64,000 nucleotides of DNA. It comes from Myxococcota bacterium. Its GTDB lineage: Bacteria > Myxococcota_A > UBA9160 > SMWR01. The notes beneath the pieces were generated by a model, which was given only the letters and a program-made list of their open reading frames with translations, made no database searches and had not been told where the DNA came from. The stretch is from NCBI GenBank assembly GCA_035541475.1, contig DATKND010000056.1, positions 154-64,153 of the forward strand. Reading direction: 5' to 3'. Shown here piece after piece: positions 1 to 7,899 of the stretch (position 1 is its first letter; each line of letters starts with the position of its first letter). The position numbers and the translations under genes are program-made.

Positions 1-190
1 CCAGATTGATGTGCATGAAGTTGCGGGCGACCATCACGGCCTTGATGCAGGCGATGCCGAAGGCCGTGAGTAGCGTGACCCATCGGATACCCAGGAAGGG
101 ACCCGCGACGCTGATGATCAGCAGCAGGACCAGGATGAACCAGACGCGGATGTAGTTGATCGGATGGTGCGTGGCGTGTGCGTGGGCCAT
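1..190 (-). CDS. cytochrome c oxidase subunit IV family protein (bacterial aa3-type; 3' end runs off the window)
   Basis: ATG at 190-188 on minus strand, 4 nt after the ctaE stop. Hand translation MAHAHATHHPINYIRVWFILVLLLIISVAGPFLGIRWVTLLTAFGIACIKAVMVARNFMHINL... has two TM helices and the K-A-x-x-V-x-x-x-F-M-H signature of prokaryotic COX4. Absent from the ORF track because it is truncated. Confidence 0.75.
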   Translation of the reverse strand, partial: MAHAHATHHPINYIRVWFILVLLLIISVAGPFLGIRWVTLLTAFGIACIKAVMVARNFMHINL

Positions 191-194
191 TGGG

Positions 195-776
195 TTACTT
201 CGCGATGTAGAGGAGGGGGAAGAGGAAGATCCAGACGATGTCGACGAAGTGCCAGTAGATGCCGATCAGCTCGACGCGGTGGAGCTCGAGGTTCCGCCGC
301 GCATCCGCGGCGACGAACAGCATCAGGATGGCACCCGCGATCACGTGCGAGGCGTGCAGACCCGCGGCGGTGTAGTAGAAGGACCAGAAGGTGCTCGAGG
401 TGATCGTGAATCCCTCGCCGATCTCCCCGCTCCACTCGAAGCCCTTGACCACCAGGAAGGTGAGGGCGCCCGCCACCGTCGCGTAGAGCAGGCGCGCCGC
501 CTTCGGGCCGTCGCCGCGCTCGGCCGCCTGGTGGGCCAGCACGGCCGAGAGGCTCGAGGTGAGCAGCACCATCGTGTTGAAGGCGCCGATCCAGGTGTTG
601 GTGTGCGCGGCCTGCGCCGACCAGGCGTCGTGCGCCAGACGGTGCATGATGTAGGAAGCGAGCAGGCCGCCGAAGATCACGATCTCGGAGGCGATCACCC
701 ACCAGACCGCGAGCTTGCCGGTCGGCATACCGGCGGCGGAGCGCGTGGTGGCGATGGGGCGTGCGGCAGAAGACAT
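195..776 (-). CDS. ctaE: cytochrome c oxidase subunit III
   Basis: 193-aa ORF, multi-TM. C-terminal ...ELIGIYWHFVDIVWIFLFPLLYI is the classic subunit III signature. Sits in the cox operon. Confidence 0.9.
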   Translation of the reverse strand: MSSAARPIATTRSAAGMPTGKLAVWWVIASEIVIFGGLLASYIMHRLAHDAWSAQAAHTNTWIGAFNTMVLLTSSLSAVLAHQAAERGDGPKAARLLYATVAGALTFLVVKGFEWSGEIGEGFTITSSTFWSFYYTAAGLHASHVIAGAILMLFVAADARRNLELHRVELIGIYWHFVDIVWIFLFPLLYIAK

Positions 777-797
777 CGGACTCCTCGAGGCTCCGTG

Positions 798-2501
798 CTA
801 GGCGGGCTCGTTCTGCGGCCAGTAGTCCTGCTTGCGGCCCGGCACGCTGTACTCGTACGGGCCGCGGTAGACGCGCGGCAGCTCGGCCCAGTTGCCGTGC
901 GGCGGCGGCGACTCGGCCGTCCACTCGAGCGTGTTGGCGCGCCACGGATTCTTCGGCGCCTTCTTCCCGGCGATCAGGCTCTTGGCCAGGTTGATGAAGA
1001 ACACGCTCTGGAAGGCCAGCATCGTGCAGACCGCCGCCGCGATCAGGTGGCGCGTGTTCCACATCCACGGCTGCGAGAGGTCCGGGAAGTTGCGGTAGTC
1101 GTAGATCCGGCGGTGCTGCCCGGCGGCGCCGAGTACGAACAGCGGGATGAAGATCATGTTGAAGGGGATGATCGTGCCCCAGAAGTGAATCTTGCCGAGG
1201 CGCTCGTCCATCATCTTTCCGAACATCTTCGGGAACCAGTAGGTGAAGCCGGCGTAGAACCCGATGATCGTGATCGGGAAGAACGTGTAGTGGAAGTGCG
1301 CGAGCACGAAGTAGGTGTCGTGGAAGTAGACGTCCGCGCCCGACGCGCCGAGGAAGATGCCGGTCACGCCGCCGATCAGGAACTCGCCGATGAAGGCGAG
1401 GGCCCACAGCATCGGCGTGGTGAACTGGATCGATCCGCCGTAGAGCGTCGCGATGTAGATGAACATCATCTCTGCGATCGGGATCGAGATCAGGAGCGTC
1501 GTGATCGTGAAGATGTGCGCCATGCGCGGGTCGATGCCGGCGATGAACTGGTGGTGCGCCCAGACGGTGAACGAGAGCACGCCGGTGCCGAAGACCGTGT
1601 AGAGCACGGTGCGATAGGCGAAGAGCTTCTTGCGCGCGAAGGTCGTGATGATCTCCGCCACGATGCCGACCGTCGGCAGCAGCACCACGTACACCTCGGG
1701 ATGGCCGAAGAACCAGAACAGGTGCTGCCACAGGATCGGATCGCCGCCGCGGTCGGGATCGAAGAAGGCTGTGCCGAGGTTCTGGTCCATCAGCAGCATG
1801 ATCGCGCCGGCGATCAGCGGTCCGACCGAGCACATGAAGAGGATGCTCGCGACCACGATCATCCAGATCACCATCGGCACGTCGTACAGGCGCATGCCGG
1901 GCGCGCGCGAGTTCATCGCGGTCGTGATGAAGTTGATGCCGCCGAGCAGGAAGGCCACGAATTCGAGCGCCACCGCGATCAGCCACATGCTCGAGCCGAG
2001 CGGCGTGAGTCCGTACTCGGGCTTGGCCGAGAGCGGCGGGTAGGACGTCCAGGCGCCGGCGAAGCCGCCGCCCGGCACGAAGAACGACGCGACCAGCACG
2101 AGCGCCGACAGCAGGAAGATCTGGTACGAGAGCCGGTTGATCTTCGGGAACACCATGTCGTCGCAGCCGAGCATCAGCGGGATCAGGTAGTTGCCGAAGG
2201 CGGCGAGCAGCACGGGCATCGCCACCCAGAAGATCATGATCGAGCCGTGGTTCGTGACGAGCGCGTTGTACCGCGAGGCCGACACGACGCCGAAGCCCGG
2301 CACGTCCATGCCGGGGAAGGCGAGCTGCATGTTGAATGCGTAGGCGAAGAAGGCGCCGATCAGGCCCATCGCCATGCCCGTGAACATGTACTGCATGGCG
2401 ATGATCTTGTGGTCGGTGGAGAAGAAGTACTTGCGGACGAAGCCCTCGTCGTGATGGGCGGCGTGCTCGTCGTGATGGTGCGGCGCAACGTGCTCGGCCA
2501 T
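798..2501 (-). CDS. ctaD: cytochrome c oxidase subunit I (haem-copper oxidase catalytic subunit)
   Basis: 567-aa ORF with WFFGHPEVY, the HHQF/VWAHH histidine ligand regions and 12+ TM segments. Confidence 0.97.
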   Translation of the reverse strand: MAEHVAPHHHDEHAAHHDEGFVRKYFFSTDHKIIAMQYMFTGMAMGLIGAFFAYAFNMQLAFPGMDVPGFGVVSASRYNALVTNHGSIMIFWVAMPVLLAAFGNYLIPLMLGCDDMVFPKINRLSYQIFLLSALVLVASFFVPGGGFAGAWTSYPPLSAKPEYGLTPLGSSMWLIAVALEFVAFLLGGINFITTAMNSRAPGMRLYDVPMVIWMIVVASILFMCSVGPLIAGAIMLLMDQNLGTAFFDPDRGGDPILWQHLFWFFGHPEVYVVLLPTVGIVAEIITTFARKKLFAYRTVLYTVFGTGVLSFTVWAHHQFIAGIDPRMAHIFTITTLLISIPIAEMMFIYIATLYGGSIQFTTPMLWALAFIGEFLIGGVTGIFLGASGADVYFHDTYFVLAHFHYTFFPITIIGFYAGFTYWFPKMFGKMMDERLGKIHFWGTIIPFNMIFIPLFVLGAAGQHRRIYDYRNFPDLSQPWMWNTRHLIAAAVCTMLAFQSVFFINLAKSLIAGKKAPKNPWRANTLEWTAESPPPHGNWAELPRVYRGPYEYSVPGRKQDYWPQNEPA

Positions 2502-2505
2502 GGCC

Positions 2506-3225
2506 TCACTCCTGCGACGCGTGCGGCGTCGTGGCGGCGATCGCGACCTGCGAATGGCTCGCGATCCAGGCGGCGTGCTCTTCCTTCGTCTCGATCACGG
2601 CCTTCGCCGGCATGAGCCCGTGGCCGATGCCGCAGATCTCGACGCACTGGAGGTCGTAGGTGCCGGTCTGCGTCGGCTTGAACCAGCCCGTGACGACGCG
2701 ACCGGGAACAGCGTCCTGCTTCAGCCGGAAGACCGGGATCGAGAAGCTGTGCAGCACGTCGCGCGACTCGAGCTTGAAATGGTACATCGTGTCGACCTGG
2801 AGGTGCAGCTCGTCCAGGGTCGTGATGTCATCGGCGGTGTCGATCTGCCCGTCGGCGCCGGGCTGCACGAAGGTCCAAGCCCACTGCTGCGCGATCACGC
2901 GCACGGTCTGCTCGGCGGGCGGCAGCTTCTGCTTGATGTCGTACCAGACCTTCACCGCGCCGACGATGATGAAGACGTCGCAGAAGAGGACGAGCAGGTG
3001 CGGGTAGGTGACCCAGCGCTTGATCTTCCACTCGCTGCCGTCGTAGTACTCGGCCGGCTGGCCGTCGCGGCGCCGGAAGCGCCAGCACAGCCAGAAGAAG
3101 GTGAAGAGCGTCGCCAGGAACCAGAAGCCGACCAGCATGAAGATCAGGTCGAAGAGCAGGTCGAGGTCGCGCGCGTAGGTGGAGGCTTCGGGAACCAGTC
3201 GCGCAAGGATGGGCGTCCACGACAT
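2506..3225 (-). CDS. coxB: cytochrome c oxidase subunit II (CuA subunit, no fused cytochrome c)
   Basis: 239-aa ORF. Two N-terminal TM helices and the CuA motif HSFSIP...CVEICGIGHGLM. Lies 4 nt upstream of ctaD. Confidence 0.95.
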   Translation of the reverse strand: MSWTPILARLVPEASTYARDLDLLFDLIFMLVGFWFLATLFTFFWLCWRFRRRDGQPAEYYDGSEWKIKRWVTYPHLLVLFCDVFIIVGAVKVWYDIKQKLPPAEQTVRVIAQQWAWTFVQPGADGQIDTADDITTLDELHLQVDTMYHFKLESRDVLHSFSIPVFRLKQDAVPGRVVTGWFKPTQTGTYDLQCVEICGIGHGLMPAKAVIETKEEHAAWIASHSQVAIAATTPHASQE

Positions 3226-3237
3226 TCGGTTGCGTCC

Positions 3238-3345
3238 TCAGAGGATGACGAAGAAGAAGACGGCGGCGATGAAGGCGGCGATCCCGCCCATCGAAATCAC
3301 GAACGTGCGCCAGGCCAGCTCGTCCGACGACCACTCCTTCGCCAT
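3238..3345 (-). CDS. small single-TM protein (35 aa) inside the cox operon, unannotated in the ORF track
   Basis: Hand translation MAKEWSSDELAWRTFVISMGGIAAFIAAVFFFVIL*. 34 of 35 codons end in G/C, matching the local coding bias. GGAGGAG lies 9 nt upstream of the ATG. Its TGA overlaps a GAGGA Shine-Dalgarno for coxB. Positioned between cytochrome c and coxB. Confidence 0.6.
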   Translation of the reverse strand: MAKEWSSDELAWRTFVISMGGIAAFIAAVFFFVIL

Positions 3346-3364
3346 CGCCCGCGACTCCTCCGCC

Positions 3365-4018
3365 TTACTTGTTCAGGGTGGTGGTGATGTAGGCGACGAC
3401 ATCCTTGATCGCCTGCTCGTCCGCGAGGCTCGCCGCCATGCTCTGCATGACCGGGCCGAGGGGCGGGTTGTTCCCGCGGATGTGCGCCTTGAAGCGCTGG
3501 AGCGCAGAGAAGAGATACCAGTCGTTCGTGTGGCGCAGGCGCGGGGCGCCCATCTGCTGGTTGCCCGCGCCGTCGGCGCCGTGGCAGGCCGCGCAGACGC
3601 CGTTGTAGGTGAGCGCGCCGCGCTGCGGGTCGCCGCCCTCGAGCTCGGGCGTGGGATTCACCGACTGCAGGCTCCCGACGTAGGCCGCAACGAGCTTCAC
3701 GTCCTCGTCGGAGTGGATCGAACGCGACATCGGCCGCATGCGCAGACCGGGCAGGTCCTGCGTGTTGTCGGCGCGCTTGCCGGTCTGGAAGTTCTGGAGC
3801 TGCGTCACGACGTACCAGACGTCCTGGCCCGCGATTGCCGGCGCGAGCGCGAGATGGCTGCCGCTGCCGGTCACGCCGTGACACTGCGTGCAGTTGTTGA
3901 AGAGCTCGCGACCGCGCGTGGAGTCATCCGCCGCCGAGGCGGCGCCCGCGACGGCGCACACGAAGAGCAGCGAGGCGAACGCGGAGGATCCGCGGAGTCT
4001 CGTTCCGATGCGTGACAT
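3365..4018 (-). CDS. dihaem c-type cytochrome (class I, cytochrome c4-like), secreted
   Basis: Two CxxCH motifs (CTQCHG, CAACHG). Start chosen at the internal ATG (4018) giving signal peptide MSRIGTRLRGSSAFASLLFVCAVAGAASA. The longer ORF to 4159 adds a non-signal, Pro/Ala-rich extension. Confidence 0.88.
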   Translation of the reverse strand: MSRIGTRLRGSSAFASLLFVCAVAGAASAADDSTRGRELFNNCTQCHGVTGSGSHLALAPAIAGQDVWYVVTQLQNFQTGKRADNTQDLPGLRMRPMSRSIHSDEDVKLVAAYVGSLQSVNPTPELEGGDPQRGALTYNGVCAACHGADGAGNQQMGAPRLRHTNDWYLFSALQRFKAHIRGNNPPLGPVMQSMAASLADEQAIKDVVAYITTTLNK

Positions 4019-4038
4019 TCCGGTGCGTGCCTTCCGGT

Positions 4039-4054
4039 GGATTTCGGGAAATCC
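4039..4054. promoter_or_regulatory. perfect 7-bp-arm palindrome GGATTTC-GG-GAAATCC upstream of the cytochrome c/cox operon
   Basis: Read directly. AT-rich island in GC-rich DNA, 21-36 nt upstream of the cytochrome c ATG (4018, minus strand). Candidate operator or 5'-UTR stem-loop; function not established. Confidence 0.35.
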
Positions 4055-4192
4055 CGCCGCGGCGAACTGCCGCGCGACGGGCTCTGCGGATGGGGAGTGA
4101 GGCGGCGGCTGGCTCTGCGGGGCCGCGGCGTCCGACGGGAGCGCAGCAGCTCGGCGCACCGTGCCGCGAGGGGTGAGCCGGCGAGGGTGTTA

Positions 4193-4238
4193 GCGAAGTC
4201 GCACGCGATCCACAAGACGGAAAAGCGCTCGACTTCGC
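4193..4238 (-). terminator. 9-bp inverted repeat GCGAAGTCG...CGACTTCGC downstream of the DUF420 gene
   Basis: Arms at 4193-4201 and 4230-4238, loop 28 nt, about 30 nt after the DUF420 stop on the minus strand. The loop contains a TTTT run. The long loop makes terminator function uncertain. Confidence 0.25.
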
Positions 4239-4267
4239 GCCGAATCGCTGCGCCGACGCTGGGGAAT

Positions 4268-4711
4268 TCAGCCTCGCGCGGACGCTGCGGGGTTCAGGTG
4301 GTAGAGCAGCACGTAGATCGCGACGCCGGTCACCGAGACGTACATCCAGATCGGCCAGGCGACGCGGGCAAGGCGCCGATGACGCGCGATGTGACCGCGC
4401 AACCCGAAGGTGATCAGGCTGATCGCGAACAAAGGGACCGTCATCGCGAGCACGACGTGCGAGAAGAGCAGGGCGAGGTAGGCGACCTTCGCCGCGCCGA
4501 CGACGTGGAAGGTCGTGCTCTCGAAGCCCCGCGACGCCTTGTGCAGCACGTAGAGCGCGAGGAACAGGCTCGAGACCGCGAACGCGGCGAGCATGGTGCG
4601 CCGATGTGCGTCGATCCGGCCCCGCCTCGCGAGCGCGCGACCGCGCAGCAGCAGCGCCGCGGCGATCGCGTTGAGCGTCGCGTTGCAGGCGGGCAGAACC
4701 GAGAGGTCCAC
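4268..4711 (-). CDS. DUF420 family membrane protein (cytochrome oxidase-associated, CtaM-like)
   Basis: C-terminal 147 aa of the 444-aa track ORF: four TM helices (...NAIAAALLLRGRALARRGRIDAHRRTMLAAFAVSSLFLALYVLHK...WPIWMYVSVTGVAIYVLLY). GTG start at 4711 shares 1 nt with the upstream TAG. The upstream part of the ORF is Arg/Ala-rich junk overlapping the MFS gene in another frame. Confidence 0.75.
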   Translation of the reverse strand: MDLSVLPACNATLNAIAAALLLRGRALARRGRIDAHRRTMLAAFAVSSLFLALYVLHKASRGFESTTFHVVGAAKVAYLALLFSHVVLAMTVPLFAISLITFGLRGHIARHRRLARVAWPIWMYVSVTGVAIYVLLYHLNPAASARG

Positions 4712-5922
4712 TAGCTCCCCGCGGCCGGCGCGGCGGCCGCCGCGGTCGACTCGCGCGCGGGCAAGGTGCTCGCGAGCAGCGAGAGGGCGACCGCGAGCGC
4801 GCCGGCCAGCCAGAAGGGGGTGGCGAGCGCGTGGTCGTAGAGCCATCCGGCCGCGAAGGGCCCGAACACGCGCGCCAGCGAAGCGGCGGACTGGAACGCG
4901 CCCATCACCGCGCCGCGATCGGAGGGATCCGCGCTCTGCGACGTCAGGCTCAGCAGCGACGGCTGGATCACCGCCCGCCCGATCGCCGAGAGCGCGAGCA
5001 CGACGAGCAGGAGTCCGATCGTGTGGATCTCCGGCACCGCGACGAAGCAGCCGGCCATTGCGAGCGCGCCGACCCACACGAGGCGGCGCTCGGGGAAGCG
5101 GGCCGCGAGCGCCCGCATGCCGCCGCCCTGGACGGTCGCCATCACGGAGGCCATCGCGACCATCAGCAGCGCGACCTGCCAGGCGGCGTAGTGGAAGCGC
5201 TCGATCAAGAAGAGCTGGAAGACGGTCTCGAGCTGCGTCACCGACAAGGCGAAGACCAGGTTCGAGAGGCAGAGCCAGCGCACCGACGGCTCCGCGAGCA
5301 TGCTGCGTCGAGGTCTCGCGGCAAGGCTCTTGTGGCGCTGCGTCTCCGGCAGCCTCACGGCGGCGTGCCCCCAGTTGAGCGCGGCGAGCCCCGCCGCGAC
5401 GAAGAGCGGCACGCGGTAGCCGAGCGGAGAGAGCCCGCCCGCGAGCGCGGGTCCGAGCAGGAAGCCGATGCCGAAGGCCGCGCCGATCAACCCCATCCAG
5501 CGCGTGCGCTCCGACTCGTCGGTCGCGTCCGCGATGTAGGCCGACGCGACGCTCACGTTCGCGGCGAACGCTCCCGCGAGGACGCGCGTCGCGAGGAGCC
5601 ACCCGAGCGATCCGCCGAGAGCGAAGAGGAAGAGCGAGAACGCGGTGCCCGCGATCGTGCAGAGCATGACGCGCCGTCGCCCGACGCGATCCGAGAGTCG
5701 CCCCCAGAGCGGCGCGAAGAGGAACTGCGCCGCCGCATAACCCGAGAGCAGCAGGCCGACCCAGATGCCGCTCGAATCGCCGGCGCCCCGCTCCTTCACC
5801 ATGAAGGGCAGGATCGGCATCACGATGCCGAAGCCGATCAGGTCGACGACGACCACTCCGAGCACGACGCGCAGCGCGGCTCGCGGTGTCGCCCGCTGCG
5901 CCGTGGAGCCGGAGGACGTCAC
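4711..5922 (-). CDS. MFS transporter (Tet/DHA1-like)
   Basis: 403 aa from the GTG at 5922 (GTGA overlap with the ctaB stop). 12 TM pattern with the MFS motif A-like GRLSDRVGRRRVM. The upstream part of the 588-aa ORF overlaps ctaB and is rejected. Confidence 0.85.
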   Translation of the reverse strand: MTSSGSTAQRATPRAALRVVLGVVVVDLIGFGIVMPILPFMVKERGAGDSSGIWVGLLLSGYAAAQFLFAPLWGRLSDRVGRRRVMLCTIAGTAFSLFLFALGGSLGWLLATRVLAGAFAANVSVASAYIADATDESERTRWMGLIGAAFGIGFLLGPALAGGLSPLGYRVPLFVAAGLAALNWGHAAVRLPETQRHKSLAARPRRSMLAEPSVRWLCLSNLVFALSVTQLETVFQLFLIERFHYAAWQVALLMVAMASVMATVQGGGMRALAARFPERRLVWVGALAMAGCFVAVPEIHTIGLLLVVLALSAIGRAVIQPSLLSLTSQSADPSDRGAVMGAFQSAASLARVFGPFAAGWLYDHALATPFWLAGALAVALSLLASTLPARESTAAAAAPAAGS

Positions 5923-6800
5923 GAGACCTTCAGCAGGAGCTCCACGTTCATGGCGAGGAAGAGCGAGAAGAGGTAGGCGAGCGACACGTGGAAGACGCGG
6001 CGCGCGGCGGTGTCGTCGCGCTCGCGTAGCAGCCGCACGACCGACGCGACGAACCAGGCGTTCATGCCGATCGCGACCGCGAGGTAGAACGGACCGAGAA
6101 GTCCGAGCGCGACCGGAGCCAGGGTCACCGGCACGAGCCCGAGCGTGTACCAGAGCATGCGGCGGCGCGTCGGCTGGTCGCCGATCACCGACGGCAGCAT
6201 CGGGATGCCGGCGGCCTCGTAGTCGCGCTTGCGGTAGAGCGCGATCGCCCAGACGTGCGGCGGCTGCCAGAAGAAGACGATCGCGAAGAGCGCGAGTCCG
6301 GCGACGCCGACCCGGCCGTTGACCGCGGCGTCGGCGATGATCGGGGCCGCTGCGCCCGCCGCGCCTCCGATCACGGCGTTCCAGGCCGAGCGCGGCTTCA
6401 GCCAGACGGTGTAGACGAAGACGTAGAAGAGGATGGACGCGACACCGAGTGCGGCCGCGACGCCGCCGCCGACCCACCCGAGCAGCGCCGTCGACGCGAC
6501 GCCGAGCGCGAGGCCGAAGCGCAGCGCGGCGCGCGGCGAGATCAGCCCCATCGGGAGCGGACGGGTGCGCGTCCGCTCCATGCGCGCGTCGACGTCGCGC
6601 TCGATATAGGCGTTGAGGGTATTCGCCGACGCCGCGGCGAGCGCGATCCCGAGCAAGGTCAGCATCGCGAAGCCGGTGCCCGGCCAGCCGCCGGCCGCCA
6701 GCCCGAAGACCGGAAGCCCGGTGAACAGCACCATCGGCAGGAGCCGCGGCTTGGTCAGGTCGGCCCAGGTCCGAAGCGCCGCTGCGGTCGCTCGCGCCAA
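5919..6800 (-). CDS. ctaB: protohaem IX farnesyltransferase (haem O synthase)
   Basis: 293 aa, UbiA-family polyprenyltransferase motif NTLNAYIERDVDARMERTRTRPLP, multi-TM, next to cox genes. Confidence 0.93.
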   Translation of the reverse strand: MARATAAALRTWADLTKPRLLPMVLFTGLPVFGLAAGGWPGTGFAMLTLLGIALAAASANTLNAYIERDVDARMERTRTRPLPMGLISPRAALRFGLALGVASTALLGWVGGGVAAALGVASILFYVFVYTVWLKPRSAWNAVIGGAAGAAAPIIADAAVNGRVGVAGLALFAIVFFWQPPHVWAIALYRKRDYEAAGIPMLPSVIGDQPTRRRMLWYTLGLVPVTLAPVALGLLGPFYLAVAIGMNAWFVASVVRLLRERDDTAARRVFHVSLAYLFSLFLAMNVELLLKVS

Positions 6801-7020
6801 AGCTCGACCTCGCTCACTCGCTGGCCGCCCGGCGGCCGGGGCTCGACTCGGTTGGGGAATGTGTCGAGACGGGGCATCGGACTTCGCTCGAGAGAGCGCT
6901 AGGCCCGGTCGACGATGCGCGAATGGGTACCACAGGGGGCGCCCGCAGGACCAGTCGCCGACTCCGCTCGCCTAGGGCTCGCTGCCGCGCGCGCGGGCGT
7001 CCCGGTACTCTGCCCCCCGC

Positions 7021-7899
7021 TTGACGCCGCTCGAGCTCGCGCTGGTCCTCGCGTCGGCGCTGCTCCACGCGCTGTGGAGCGCGTCGATCAAGCAGAGCGG
7101 CGATCCGCTGCTCTTCAACGTGCTCCAGCTTCCGCTGGTGGTGCTGCTGTTCGCGGCGCTCGTCCCGTTCGTCTCCCCGGCGGATATTCCGAGAGCGCTC
7201 TTCTGGCTGCTGCCCGCGACCGCCGTTGCGCACGCCGCGTACGTCTACTGGATGTGCCGCGCCTTCGAGCACGGCGACCTCTCGCTCGTCTATCCGATCG
7301 CGCGCTCGACGCCGGCCTTCCTTCCGTTCCTGGCCGTCCCGCTGCTCGGCGAGCACATCTCGTGGGGCGGCGCGTTCGGCATCGCGGTGGTGGTGTCGGG
7401 CATCTGGCTGGTGCACGGCGCGAACCGCTGGACCTTGCGCGAGCTGTCGCAGCCGGCCGCCCGCTTCGCCTTCATGACGCTCGGCGCGACGGTCGTCTAC
7501 TCGCTGGTTGACAAGACGGCGATGGCCGAGCTCGGTCGCGCACCCTGGAGCGCGCCGTTCCCGGCCGCGCTCTTCTACTTCGCGGCGCTCTCGCTCGGCT
7601 ATGGGTTGATCTTCGTGCCGCTGGTGCTGTGGCGCCGCGGTGTCGCGGCGCTCCGGCGCGCGGTGGCACCGAGCTTGTCCGTCGCGACGCTCGCCTCGCT
7701 GATCAGCGTGGTGAGCTACACGCTGGTGCTCCAGGCGCTCCGGACCGCCAACGTGAGCTACGCGGTCGCGGTGCGGCAGACGAGCGTGCTGTTCGTGGTC
7801 GCGATCTCGACCTGGTTCCTCGGCGAGCGGCCCGGCGCGTCGCGCGTGGCGGGCGCGCTGGCGACGGTGGTCGGGGTGGCGCTGATCGCGTCGCTCTAG
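7021..7899 (+). CDS. EamA/DMT-family transporter
   Basis: 292 aa, 10 TM pattern in two EamA-like halves. TTG start as given by the track, so the start is uncertain. Confidence 0.75.
   Translation: MTPLELALVLASALLHALWSASIKQSGDPLLFNVLQLPLVVLLFAALVPFVSPADIPRALFWLLPATAVAHAAYVYWMCRAFEHGDLSLVYPIARSTPAFLPFLAVPLLGEHISWGGAFGIAVVVSGIWLVHGANRWTLRELSQPAARFAFMTLGATVVYSLVDKTAMAELGRAPWSAPFPAALFYFAALSLGYGLIFVPLVLWRRGVAALRRAVAPSLSVATLASLISVVSYTLVLQALRTANVSYAVAVRQTSVLFVVAISTWFLGERPGASRVAGALATVVGVALIASL

Noticed and set aside
156-2615. 819-aa plus-strand ORF (and the 622-aa minus-strand ORF 118-1986) overlapping the cox genes
   Set aside because: They are antisense or out of frame to unmistakable ctaD/ctaE genes. 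Their composition is dominated by R/A/G/D/E/H, typical of alternative frames in high-GC DNA, with no recognisable motifs.
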